A stretch of 64,000 nucleotides of DNA, from contig OZ245040.1 in NCBI GenBank assembly GCA_965224195.1, forward strand, positions 992,001-1,056,000, written 5' to 3'. The notes under the pieces were generated by a model. It saw only the letters and a program-made list of their open reading frames with translations. It was not told the DNA's origin and searched no databases. The DNA comes from Nitrosopumilus sp. (GTDB taxonomy: Archaea > Thermoproteota > Nitrososphaeria > Nitrososphaerales > Nitrosopumilaceae). Below are positions 20,672 to 31,678 of the stretch, in pieces (the first letter of the stretch is position 1; each line of letters begins with the position of its first letter). Made by a program: the position numbers and the translations under genes.

Positions 20672-23600
20672 GTGAACTGCCCTTATTTTTTTATCCTTGG
20701 TATAATTACATTGGCTCTAGTCGGCGGAGTCTCATCTGTGGGGGGGGGGTGGCATATGCTGACAATGCTGCTGATGCTGCCGGCGACATTCTAGTTGCAG
20801 ACTCGGGCAACCACCGCATCCAGGTGTTCAATCCTGACCATTCCTTCAAGTTTCAGTTTGGCAGCTCAGGCTCTGGTGACGGCCAGTTTAATACGCCCTG
20901 GAGCACGGCAATAGCACAAAACGGCGACATACTGGTAGTAGATCAGGGCAACCACCGCGTCCAGATATTCAACTCTGATGGCACATACAAGGCAAAGATT
21001 GGCAGCAGCACTTCTGGTGCTGCAGGCAGTAGTAGTGCCAACGGCGAGTTTGACAGCCCCCGAGGCATAACTATAACATCAGGCGGCGACATTCTAGTTG
21101 CAGACACGGGCAACAACCGCATCCAGGTGTTCAATCCTGACTATTCCTACAAGTCCAAGTTTGGCAGTCTGGGCAGCGGCAACGGCCAGCTCAACACTCC
21201 TTATGCTATAACGGTAGCAGCACCAAGCGGCGACATTCTAGTTGCAGACTCGGGCAACCACCGCATCCATATTTTTGACTCTAGCTATGCCTACAAGGCA
21301 AAGTTTGATAATAAAGTATCACAGTTTTTATCCGCACAAGGAGCCCATGCCATAGCAGTAGGGGCTAATGGCGATATCCTCGTTAATACGGGCTATGGTA
21401 GTATCGCTGTTTATGACTCTGCCACCTACGCCATAAAATCACTCCTTTCTAGTAACGCCGGCCAGGCCAGTAGCGGCATACTAGGCATAGCTGTCGCTCC
21501 AAACGGCGACATTCTCTTTACAGATACAGGAAGACATCACGTACAGGTATTCGGCTCTGACTATGTCTACAAGGCAGTTTTTGGCAGCTCAGGCTCTGGT
21601 GACGGCCAGTTTAACACCCCTTACGGCATAACAGTCGCCACTGCTGACAATACCCCGCCAAAATTTGATTCAGCAACACTAGATGAGGAAACCGGAGTTT
21701 TGGCAATAACTTTTAATGAGATAATTGCAAACGAGGGCTTGTCTACTGCCCCCTTTGATTTATCCAAACTGTTCATCAGTGAGACGGGAAGTGCCAGCGG
21801 CAGCAGCGGCGTTCAACTGAGCGGTGCCAGCATTGAAACTGTCGGCAACAGCACCTCCATAGAGATCAAGCTTACTGCACCTCAATTACAGTCAGTCATT
21901 GCATTGACTACTCCAGAACTGGACATCCTAGAAGCGGCAGTATTTGATGTTTCAGGTAATGAGATTCTCGCATCATATGACAATATCATTGCAGTAACTA
22001 ACAGTGTAGCACCAGTATCACCACCACTTGCTGCTCCAACTGGCCTTTCAGTGGCAGTATCTGGCACCACAGCTACCATCACTTGGACTGCACCTGCAAT
22101 ACCGGCCAATTCATTCTATGACATTAATTCCGTATCCTATATCGTGAATGTCACTGATACTGCTGCTGGCACCACCGTACCGTATACCGTACCTGCTGGC
22201 ACTACCGAGCATACGACGAACCTGATATTGGGCCAATTTTATGAGGTAACCGTAGAGGCAACAGCCTTGTTGTCAGATTCAACCGTTCTGTCCTCCCAAC
22301 CTACCGCAGCTGTATCCTTTGCTGTGTCTGAACCACCATCACTTGATGCGCCAACCAACCTTTCAGTGGCTGTATCTGGCACCACAGCTACTATTACTTG
22401 GACTGCACCTACAGTGGATACCAATGACTTCTATACCATTAATGATGTGAGTTATCAAGTGACTGTCGTTGATTCTGACGGTTCTGGTGCTGCATCAAGT
22501 GGTTCTATAACTGGCACCTCATATACGGCAACAGGCCTGACACCGGGTGAGTCATACAATGTATATGTAGTTGCATATGCTGTCGTTGGATCAAGCTATA
22601 CTGTGGAATCAGTTGAGGTATCTGCTTCCTTTAATATGCCAGCAGCAGCAGTAGTAGTAGTAGATAGCGGTGCAGGCACACCGCCATCACCAGATCAGAT
22701 TAAAGTACAAAATTTAGAGATAGAAAAAACAGGTAACAAAAGAGTCACTTTAACATGGAAAGCACCAGCAAATTCAGGTGATAAAGTATTAGATTATTAT
22801 AGTATCTCATACAATTGTCCTGCTACTCATGGTACAAAATATACTGAGATTCATACTGGCTTTACATCTGTGTCTATAGATAATTTGGATATAAGCGGCA
22901 TATGCAGGTTTCAAGTAACTCCAATATATCCTTCTGGTGGTGGTGTTAATAGTCTAATATTTCCTGGTGTTGATGGTGGTGTTACTGATAAAGGATTATC
23001 AGCTCCTCTAAAAGACATACCATTTACTGAAACACCAAAAGACATACGATTAACTGCTGCAATGGATGGCAGTGATGCAATCAAGGTGTCATGGCTTTCA
23101 ATATCCAGTGATATAGCTTTTTATGAACTGTCTTTGGGTGATGGTGATGACTCAAGAGGACTTGTGCCTTTAAAGGACTTTAAATATGAAGATGATAGGC
23201 CAACATCACAAATAATTAAAAACGTTGATCCTGGACGTACATATACTATTTACTTGGTTCTATACAATTATGAGGGCTCGGTACATTCTACTACTTTTAT
23301 TAAATATACAGTACCTGTTGACAGCATCCCGCCAAAATTAGAGTCAGCCGCACTGGATGAGGAAACAGGAGTCCTGACAATAACTTTTGATGAGATAATA
23401 GCAAACGAGGGCTTGTCTACTGCCCCCTTTGATTTATCCAAACTGTTCATCAGTGAGTCGGGAAGTGTTAATGGTACCGGCACGGCACTGAGCGGTGCCA
23501 GCATTGAAACTGTCGGCAACAGCACCTCCATAGAGATCAAGCTGACCGAATCCCAAAGACTGGCAGTCATTGCATTAACTGTCCCAGAACTGGACATCCT

Positions 23601-26001
23601 AGAAGCGGCAGTATTTGATGTTTCAGGCAATCAAATAGCTGCGGCACTAGACAATGCCATTGCAGTAACTAACAGTGTACAGCCGCCATCACTTGATGCG
23701 CCAACCAACCTTTTAGTCAATGTCATAAACGACACAGCCGCTGAAATTACCTGGACTGCACCTGCAATACCTGCCAATCCATTCTATGACATTAGTGACG
23801 TATCCTATCTCGTGAATGTTACTGATACTGCTGCTGGCACCACCGTACCGTATACCGTACCTGCTGGCACCACTACCACGCATACGGCAACAAACCTGAT
23901 ACCGGGCAAGTCCTATAATGCATCTGTAAAGGCAATAGTCTTGCTAGATTCAGGCGATGATTTGGAATCATCTGCCACAGCTGTATCCTTTGATATGCCG
24001 CCACCACTTGATGCGCCAACTAACATTTTAGTCAATGTCATAAACGGCACAGCCGCTGAAATCACTTGGACTGCACCTACAGTGGATGCCAATGAGTATT
24101 ATACCATTAATAATGTGAGTTATCAAGTAATTGTCCTTGATTCTATCAATGCTCCTACTGCATCAAGTGGTTCTATAACTGACACCTCATATACGGCAAC
24201 AGGCCTGACACCGGGTAAGTCATACAACGTATTTGTAGTTGCAGATGCCGCCGTTGGATTAACATATACTGTGCAATCATCTGCGGTATCTGCCCCCTTT
24301 GATATGCCTGCAGCAGATGCCCAAGCCGCAGCAGATGCCCAAGCCGCAGCAGATGCCCAAGCCGCAGCAGATGCCCAAGCCGCAGCAGATGCCCAAGCCG
24401 CGGCAGATGCCCAAGCCGCAGCAGATGCCCAAGCCGCAGCAGATGCCCAAGCCGCAGCAGATGCCCAAGCCGCAGCAGATGCCCAAGCCGCAGCAGATGC
24501 CCAAGCCGCAGCAGATGCCCAAGCCGCAGCAGATGCCCAAGCCGCAGCAGATGCCCAAGCCGCAGCAGATGCAGATGCCCAAGCCGCAGCAGATGCCCAA
24601 GCCGCGGCAGATGCTATAGATCCTGCACCAGTTGTTGTAACAGTAAATGCTGCAATGTATAACAGCACTGCAATCTTACTGACGTGGACCCAGCCGCCAT
24701 CATTAGAGGTAACTGGCTATGATTTATCATGGGTATCAGAGGATGCTAATGGTGACCCACATACTGGTGGTTACATATCACTTGACGGTGTAATAGGTGA
24801 TGTATTAGAATCCCACATATTTAATAAAGTTAATCCTGGAGAGACATACCACTTTACATTGGGTGTATTTTTCAATGTAGAAGGTCTTCCACAGCCTTTT
24901 GGCTCTTATGATGTGACATATACAGTACCAGATCCTAACGCAGATTCACTAAAAGATCACAAAAAGAAGAGGAGTACTGGCAGCTCAAATGAGCACTACA
25001 AAAAGCCAACCTTTGGACTGTCCCATCTGACAGAAAGTCTGATTGTAAATAATGGCATGTGCCTTAATGACAGCTGCGTTGACGTTGTATCATGGCACAC
25101 AAAATATCCGGAGGATAAAATATTAATAGACACCACAAACTATCTGCAGGCCAAAATGTACACTGATAAAACTTTGCGATATGTAGAGTTTTTCTTTGGA
25201 GTGCCAAGGCCTGGAGATGCATCTAATGCAGAGGTATTCGTAAAGGTAAGCCTGTCTAGAAACTATACCAGTCCAAATAACTATGATGTAACTGGCATCA
25301 GTACCATTGATGCAGAAGGTTTGCTGGATGGTACTGTAACTGCTGCAACCATACAGCCAAGCAAATGTCTTAGTGCAGATGCCGAACCAAACTGTCACAC
25401 TGTAACATTGCAGTTTGACTTCAACGAGGCGCCAATACACAGGGCATTTGCCATAGCGGCAGTTGACATGGACAGACGAGTCCATACAAATTACTTTAAT
25501 GACGGCTTTGTGGTACTTGGCGAATCACTAAATCCGGCAGACATGCACCATGTTGCAAACAGTGGCAAGTATCACTCTAATGAATATGCAAGTACGCACC
25601 AGCTGACACTGACCCAGACAGACAGGGCCAAGAACCTGTGGGCTGACCAGTGGGGATTTGCCTGGACACAAAATGACCATGGTACATGGCTCCAGCTGGA
25701 ACGAGATGAGTTTGTACGACACCAGGATGACATTAGCAGCGTAATGACCAGAACAAACTCTAACTATGACAGTATGATATCCCATGAGAAGGACCGCGCA
25801 TTGCAGCATGCAAAGGATATGTATGGCAGCATATATGACAAACCATCCTCTGATCTGGCAGAGCCTGTAACCATATGGATTGTGCCCTCACCAACAAGCA
25901 AGCTGCAAAACCCGGAGATACTTGATGCAATGAAACTGGAGGAAGCAAAGGCAATGAGCTATTTGCAGCATATGGTACGCGCAGACATGTCGCGCAAATG
26001 A
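20672..26001 (+). CDS. Giant surface protein (NHL repeats, FnIII domains, ADAQAA repeat); signal peptide out of frame at G10 tract 20740-20749
   Basis: ORF 20749-26001 has several GDILVADSGNHRIQVF NHL repeats and APTNL..ITWTAP FnIII modules; upstream GTG 20672 encodes a hydrophobic signal peptide in a different frame. Confidence 0.88.
20740..20749 (+). repeat. G10 homopolymer tract (candidate phase-variation switch)
   Basis: tctgtGGGGGGGGGGtggcatatgct; the only long G run I saw in this AT-rich window. Confidence 0.8.
24310..24613 (+). repeat. 18-bp coding tandem repeat, about 16 copies (GCAGATGCCCAAGCCGCA; ADAQAA)
   Basis: Near-perfect units; one 6-bp insertion and two GCG variants. Confidence 0.97.
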
Positions 26002-26127
26002 TATCCCGTATTTTTTGAATGTTATGTTATCTGATACTTTGGTCAAAACTAGGCCGGATTTTTAACTGATGGTAAATTCGGGTGACAGAGTGGTTCAGTT
26101 AGGGTGATGGTAAAATTATTGGCATGA

Positions 26128-26337
26128 TCATTTTTTATCATCATCTAATAATTTTTTCAAACCATAGCCTGCTATGCCTAAAAATACCCCTACAATGGCA
26201 AATCCAGATGCATGTGTTGGATTATCTGGTTTTTTGATTTTTCTGTCCAAGCATGTGTTTGGTATTGGATTTATAATATCATATTCAATTTTTGCTTTGC
26301 GTAAAACTTTTTCTGTTTCTTGATGTGCAGAATAACT
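26128..26337 (-). pseudogene. C-terminal fragment of a membrane-anchored protein, cut at the IS left end
   Basis: ORF start codon lies inside the IS terminal repeat; C-terminal TM GFAIVGVFLGIAGYGLKK. Confidence 0.6.
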
Positions 26338-27406
26338 AGATGAGTTGTGCAATTAGTCCAATTTGAGCATAATCTCAACATTTTCTAATCATAAGATCCA
26401 AAGCTAAGGCTGAATTATTTTCAATTCATGTTTAATTGCACAAAACTGGCAAAAAAACCAAAGCAATTTCTGCCAATAGCAGGACTAACTGTTCCACAGT
26501 TTGATTCCCCATACAAGGAAACAAAGAAAAATTACAAAACTGCAGAACAAAAGGGACTGTCCAAAAACAGAGAAAGGGACATTGGTGCAGGACACAAGTT
26601 TGACTTGTCCTTCAAAGGCAGAATTCTAATGTTTTTCATGTACTACAGAATGTACACAGCATATGACATGCCAGGGATGACATTTGATTTGGACAAACCA
26701 AACGTAATGAGAAACATCGGATGTTTGGAGCCTGCAGTGAAGCAGTCCATTGTAATTGCTGCCAAAAAATATGCAGACTCAAAAGAGATTAACGGCATGC
26801 AGGAACTGCAGGAATTCTTTCCGGAATTAGTTGCAATCACTGATGGCACAGAACAGCCCATCCCAAGACCAAAAAACAAAAAGAAAAGAAAGGCACGCCA
26901 TTCAGGCAAAAAGAAAAAGCATGCAGTACAAAATCAAGTCGCCATAAATCCTGATGGGATAACAATCCACAAATCTGCACATTCGCCTGGCAGCCATCAT
27001 GATTACGGAATTTACAAACCAAGGCATCCAACATTGTCTGAAGAGCTGCTGCAGTCTTATGATCCTGGATGTTTGGGGATGGAAAAGGACTTTCCAGAAC
27101 AGGCAAGTGTTTTGCCATGCAAGAAAAAGAAAGGAAAAAAATTGACTGTTGCTCAAAAGGAGTGGAACAGGATGCAGTCAAAAATTAGAATAAAAGTTGG
27201 ACGTGTCATTGCACAAGTCAGGCAATTTCGGATAAATCGCGATGTGTTTAGAAACAAATTATGCAGATATGATGTGACAAGTGAAATTGTTTGTGGGACT
27301 GTCAGTTTCAAGATTAAATGGAAAGAAGAATTCATTGCAATTCCATAAAATTAAGAATTAAATGACAGAAAAGTTAGATTTTTGTTTGTAATTACGCAAC
27401 TCATCT
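26338..27406 (+). mobile_element. IS5-family (ISL2-like) insertion sequence, about 1069 bp
   Basis: 18-bp imperfect TIRs AGATGAGTTGTGCAATTA (26338-26355) and TAATTACGCAACTCATCT (27389-27406), 16/18 match, enclosing a transposase; flanks CTA and TTA are not a matching TSD. Confidence 0.9.
26428..27348 (+). pseudogene. DDE transposase (HTH_Tnp_4 plus DDE_Tnp_4 type); frame open but catalytic Glu appears mutated
   Basis: GAGHKFDL, DGTEQPIPRP, SGKKKKH, HD; DPGCLG in place of DxGYxG; RIKVGR in place of RIxVEH. Confidence 0.85.
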
Positions 27407-27991
27407 TATAAGATGAAACATCATGATGCCATGAAAGACAAAGCTCATGACAAAATGTCTGATGCAGCAAAAGACAAAATGAAAATGAAATTATCTGACA
27501 AATCTGACCGTATCAAGGCAATGATCATGGACAAACATGACATTTCTGATGAGCGTAGAGAAGAAATCAAGATGAAATACATTGAGAAACATGGTGATCT
27601 GACTGACGAGAAAAAGTCTGAACTCAAAATGAAATTCAAAGATCATATGAAAAATATGAGAATGGAAATCTCTGATGAGCGAAAATCTTCAATTCATGAT
27701 AGACTAGCTGAGATGAAAGCCTTCAAGGCAGAACTCCGTGATAGAGCATCTGAAATGACTGACGAGGAAAAACAGGAACTTGGAGCAGAATTCATTGAAA
27801 AGGCAAAAGACATGCAATTAGCATGGATTTCCCCACGCACACAAATGACTGCCGGCATTGATGCTGGAGATGTAGAATGTAGAGAAGGATTTAGCCTGGT
27901 AATGAAAGCATCAAACGGTGTTGCAATGTGCCTTAAAGCAGATACAGCACTTAAGATGATAGATAGAGGACTAGTAGTTCCTGCTAACTAA
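27407..27991 (+). pseudogene. C-terminal part of a His/Met/Asp/Lys-rich helical thaumarchaeal protein, probably truncated by the IS
   Basis: Begins mid low-complexity region right at the IS end, with no signal peptide and no promoter space; ends in the SPRxQM...CREG..LVMK.S.G...C domain. Confidence 0.65.
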
Positions 27992-28072
27992 TTTTTTTAT
28001 TTTTTATTTATTTTGTTTTAGACTGCAAGAGTAAAAGGAATTCTTTAAAAGAAATAAATATTTTATGACGTT

Positions 28073-29031
28073 ATGACTGGAAAAAAAGATAATGTTGTTG
28101 CAATTTCTGAATTTTTAGAAGGGTATTCAAAACTAAATAATATTTTCAAGGATTATGGTCCCACTTTTGAAAAACTAATAACTTCTAAGCAAAAATGCCC
28201 CGATTATTGAATCCAAAAACTGCTGAGAGTATCAAAAAATCATATGACCGGCTATCTTCGTTTAGTGAAATAATTAATCAAAATAGAAATGTGTATAATT
28301 CTATATCTAATTCAGATTCATCCAAATTTTGGAAAACATATTCTTCATCATTGAAAGAAACTGTACAAGACTCTGGGAAAATCCAAAAAATAGATAAAAA
28401 AATTTCTGAAAAAATTGTTAAGGAATTAGATAATGCTAGTAAAAAATTTGATACTGCAGAAAAAGGATTTATAAAAGAGACTAAAATTGATGATGCTTCT
28501 GAGCGAATTCAAGATTATAATCTAGCAATGGCTGAGGTTGGATTAACATCCAAATATTTGACATCCATGGCAACTGATTTTTCAGATTTGTATGAAGATG
28601 GTGCCGGTAAATCAATATTGAAGAAAATCATAGAAAAATTATCTAAGATTTGGAATAGAAGCACTAAATCTATTTCAACAATTATAGACAGAATGAAAGA
28701 ATATGTTTTTGATTTGGGTGATGATATAAAATCACACTTAATAGAATTACAACAATCTCTTTCAGGAACCTTGAAATCCACTAAAAATAAAATAACTGAA
28801 ATTTTTGAAAAAATTTCTGAAAAATTTCATAAATTGATAGAAATATTGCTTCGTAAAATGTTTGAATTTCTTAACCGATTTTCTTCAATTGCAAAAACTC
28901 ATGGTTATGGAGTAACTAAAATTCAAGTCAAACTTCCTTCTATACGATTAAAACCTCATGGACTATTTCCTATTCCTATACCTACTATAGATCCACCTGA
29001 TATCATTGTGGATATCACTGCAACTCCCTAA
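28073..29031 (+). pseudogene. Coiled-coil hypothetical protein with probable 1-nt frameshift at A5 28191-28195
   Basis: ATG 28073 (MTGKKDNVVAISEFLEGYSKL...) joins ORF 28195-29031 if one A is added. Confidence 0.6.
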
Positions 29032-29122
29032 AACTAATTGAAGAGTAGACTATTCTTCCCGCGAAGAGTAAAAGAATAGTTATAACCGATAATCCTAAAA
29101 TTAACTTCTTTCAATTCTTGGT

Positions 29123-29314
29123 ATGGGAGGTTATGGGGATTGTGGAATCTGTAAAGAATACAAACTTCTCACAGAACACCATGCTAAAGAGTTAGGAAAA
29201 GATTCAACTGGTAATTTCCCTGTAATTATGATTTGTAATGAATGTCATGTATTTCATGAAAAGTATGTTAATTTGCTAAAAGATAGACATGGTTATGATC
29301 CTGATAAAGAGTAA
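29123..29314 (+). CDS. Mini HNH-like zinc protein
   Basis: CGIC...EHH...ICNECH...H arrangement. Confidence 0.6.
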   Translation: MGGYGDCGICKEYKLLTEHHAKELGKDSTGNFPVIMICNECHVFHEKYVNLLKDRHGYDPDKE

Positions 29315-29551
29315 AAGATAATTTTCTTGATATGTACTAAAAACCAGAATGATGAAAAAACAAAAATCTAGTCCTTCAAAATCTAATTTTCAACCATCTA
29401 CTCTAGTTGATTTAATATTTTTCGGTAAACATGATTAAAAAAATGATTTTAGACTTTTCTAATTAATTTAATTTTAAAATTTTAAATGATTGTTTTAATC
29501 TCTTAGTTGATTTCTAAAAAATATCTAGTTTGTATAGATTTTGCTTAAATA

Positions 29552-30654
29552 ATGGAAATACTCTTTGGTTTGAATATGTGTTCAAGTTATTTTCGGTTTA
29601 ATTTGATATTGGGAAATACGGTGTTATTGGTTATTTCTTTATTTTTTAATCCTATTGACGCTCAATCTTCCGAAGATATTGATCTTGTGAAAGATGTTGT
29701 CCGGAATCAAGAAATGATAAAACATCTAGAACAGCAAATTCAACAACTTCAAGATGAGGTGTCTACAAATCTATTGTATGGTTTAATTGCTGTATTCATA
29801 TCTGTGGGTATTTCGTCAATAATTTTGTATGCTATACATACCAAAGAAACTTCTAAAGAAACCTCTCAACATCATCTACAAGATCTTAAAGATTATGCAG
29901 TAAATCCCTTACTGGAACATTTTGATACATTTTCACGCACTTGGCCTCATAAAAGAATTGAAATTGGTTGTAGGGAAAACGTAGTGACAGAAGAATCTTT
30001 AGGATATAGGCATACAAGAAATGGAATATCTGATATTGGAGGTGATTTAGTAGTTCCTCTTTTAGAGGATTTATTGGATAATCACTATAAAAAAGTCAAT
30101 GATATGTGGAAAAATATTTGTGAGTTAGCATCTGATCATAACAAATTATTAGAAAAATTCCACAGTTTGATTCAATCTAAAACAAACAAACTTTTGGAAA
30201 ATGAATTTGATGAGATCAACCGTGGGGAAAGTCCCGCATCTGATTCTACTATTGGCCAAATAAATGAATCATCAAAACAAAATTATGTTTCAGTATTGGC
30301 TAAAATGTTACTTGAGGGATTATCTGCTGATGATGTTGGATTTAATGAATCTCAAGACAAACGATCTTTGTCAATTGGTAATTCAAAAATAGGTTTCAAA
30401 CAAATTGTATATACTAACAAATCTATTATTAATCAAAATAAAGACAAAGTTTTAGAAATAACAAAAAAATTAATTGATGACAAAGAATTTGAATCATCAA
30501 AACAAATTCTACAAAATTATACTGAATTTAGAAAAAACATTGATTCTATGAATTTGGCATTGCGAAAAATATCTAAAAAAACAGTATTAAAAAAACAGTA
30601 TTAAAAAAACAAAGTATTTTTAAAAAATGTGAATATCTGAAAGAAGATATTTGA
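29552..30654 (+). CDS. Hypothetical membrane protein; C-terminus shortened by a 14-bp tandem duplication (current stop 30604)
   Basis: AAAAAAACAGTATT x2 at 30575-30602; removing one copy extends the frame to TGA 30654 (...KQSIFKKCEYLKEDI). Confidence 0.65.
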
Positions 30655-30704
30655 TTTAGAATCCCTAGTCAAATTTGCACGGTCTATAATTCTAATTTAT
30701 GAGG

Positions 30705-30762
30705 TTAACATGATTCTAAACTCATCTCGCCATCTTTGCTTGTATTAATTGGAATCTTGATT
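30705..30762. repeat. Degenerate direct repeat, copy A (partner at 31622-31678)
   Basis: TTAACATGATTCTAAACTCATCTCGCCATCTT...GGAATCTTGATT. Confidence 0.7.
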
Positions 30763-30872
30763 GTTGAATTAAGGTTCAATTTGAAACCTAAAATTCTAAA
30801 AATGGGTACAAATTACACCCATTTTTGATACATGGGTTCCTAAATTTTTAAAATTATTTTTTTTATCAATTC

Positions 30873-31582
30873 CTAAATAACATAGTTTGTTCGATCGATC
30901 CGGGCTATCGAATTTACAGTGACATCGTTATGTGCTAATATCAAATCTAAAACATCTACAATTTTGTCAAGGAAAAATATGATGTCTTCCCAATGCACAT
31001 GTTCTACGGATGTATTGTGTGTGAAATTAAATGTATGTCCCTCTATAGTTCTACTCTCATTTTGATTTTGATATCCTACAAAAAGACCTCCGTTATGAAG
31101 AGAATTTCTGACAATGGATGGGAGAATTAGTTTATCTATGTTTTCCTGCGTGTCTAATCTTAATCCTTTCAAAACATCATTGCACACATTAAAGTAGCCA
31201 TTACCTGACGGTGTAATCCCCAAGCGGTTCTAATCTCTTTTAAGAAAACTTCAAAATCAAATAAAAAAGTAGTAAGAATTTGACGTTTGGTAAATATTAT
31301 GGCATTTTTTCGAAGTCTTTCTATTGCATCATTTGAATTATTAGGAAATATCTCTTGAATTGGTTTTGCTTTTTGAACAAACCAAATATCTCGTAGTGCT
31401 TTTGTTTGATAAAGAAAAAAAGCTAATAATTGTTGCATATTAAAACTAGCAAATAATCTAGCATCTCTGTCTGGATAACTTTCACGTTGATGTAGTACTT
31501 CTATACGATTTCCAATTCTGTCAAATTCTTTTAGAGACCATTCTTCTGACTGTGACTCACTTCCTGAATATGTTAATGTCAA
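30873..31582 (-). pseudogene. Frameshifted hypothetical protein with an RNxxHN (HEPN-like) motif
   Basis: ORFs 31169-31582 and 30873-31223 join if one T is added near 31222; contains IVRNSLHNGG. Confidence 0.6.
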
Positions 31583-31621
31583 TAAATTTTATTATTCTAA
31601 TGTTTTAAGAGTATTTTTATT

Positions 31622-31678
31622 TTAACAAGATTCTAAACTATCTCCCCATCTTCATTCGGTTTTATTAGAATTTTGATT
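31622..31678. repeat. Degenerate direct repeat, copy B
   Basis: TTAACAAGATTCTAAACT-ATCTCCCCATCTT...AGAATTTTGATT; about 80% identical to copy A by manual alignment. Confidence 0.7.

Noticed and set aside
21650-24305. Diversity-generating retroelement TR/VR pair among the duplicated adhesin modules
   Set aside because: Differences are not confined to adenines of one copy, both copies are in-frame coding, and no reverse transcriptase is present in the window
24123-24668. Alternative-frame repeat ORFs (GICCGL, QQMPKP, WASAAA)
   Set aside because: By-products of a stop-free 18-bp repeat inside the adhesin gene
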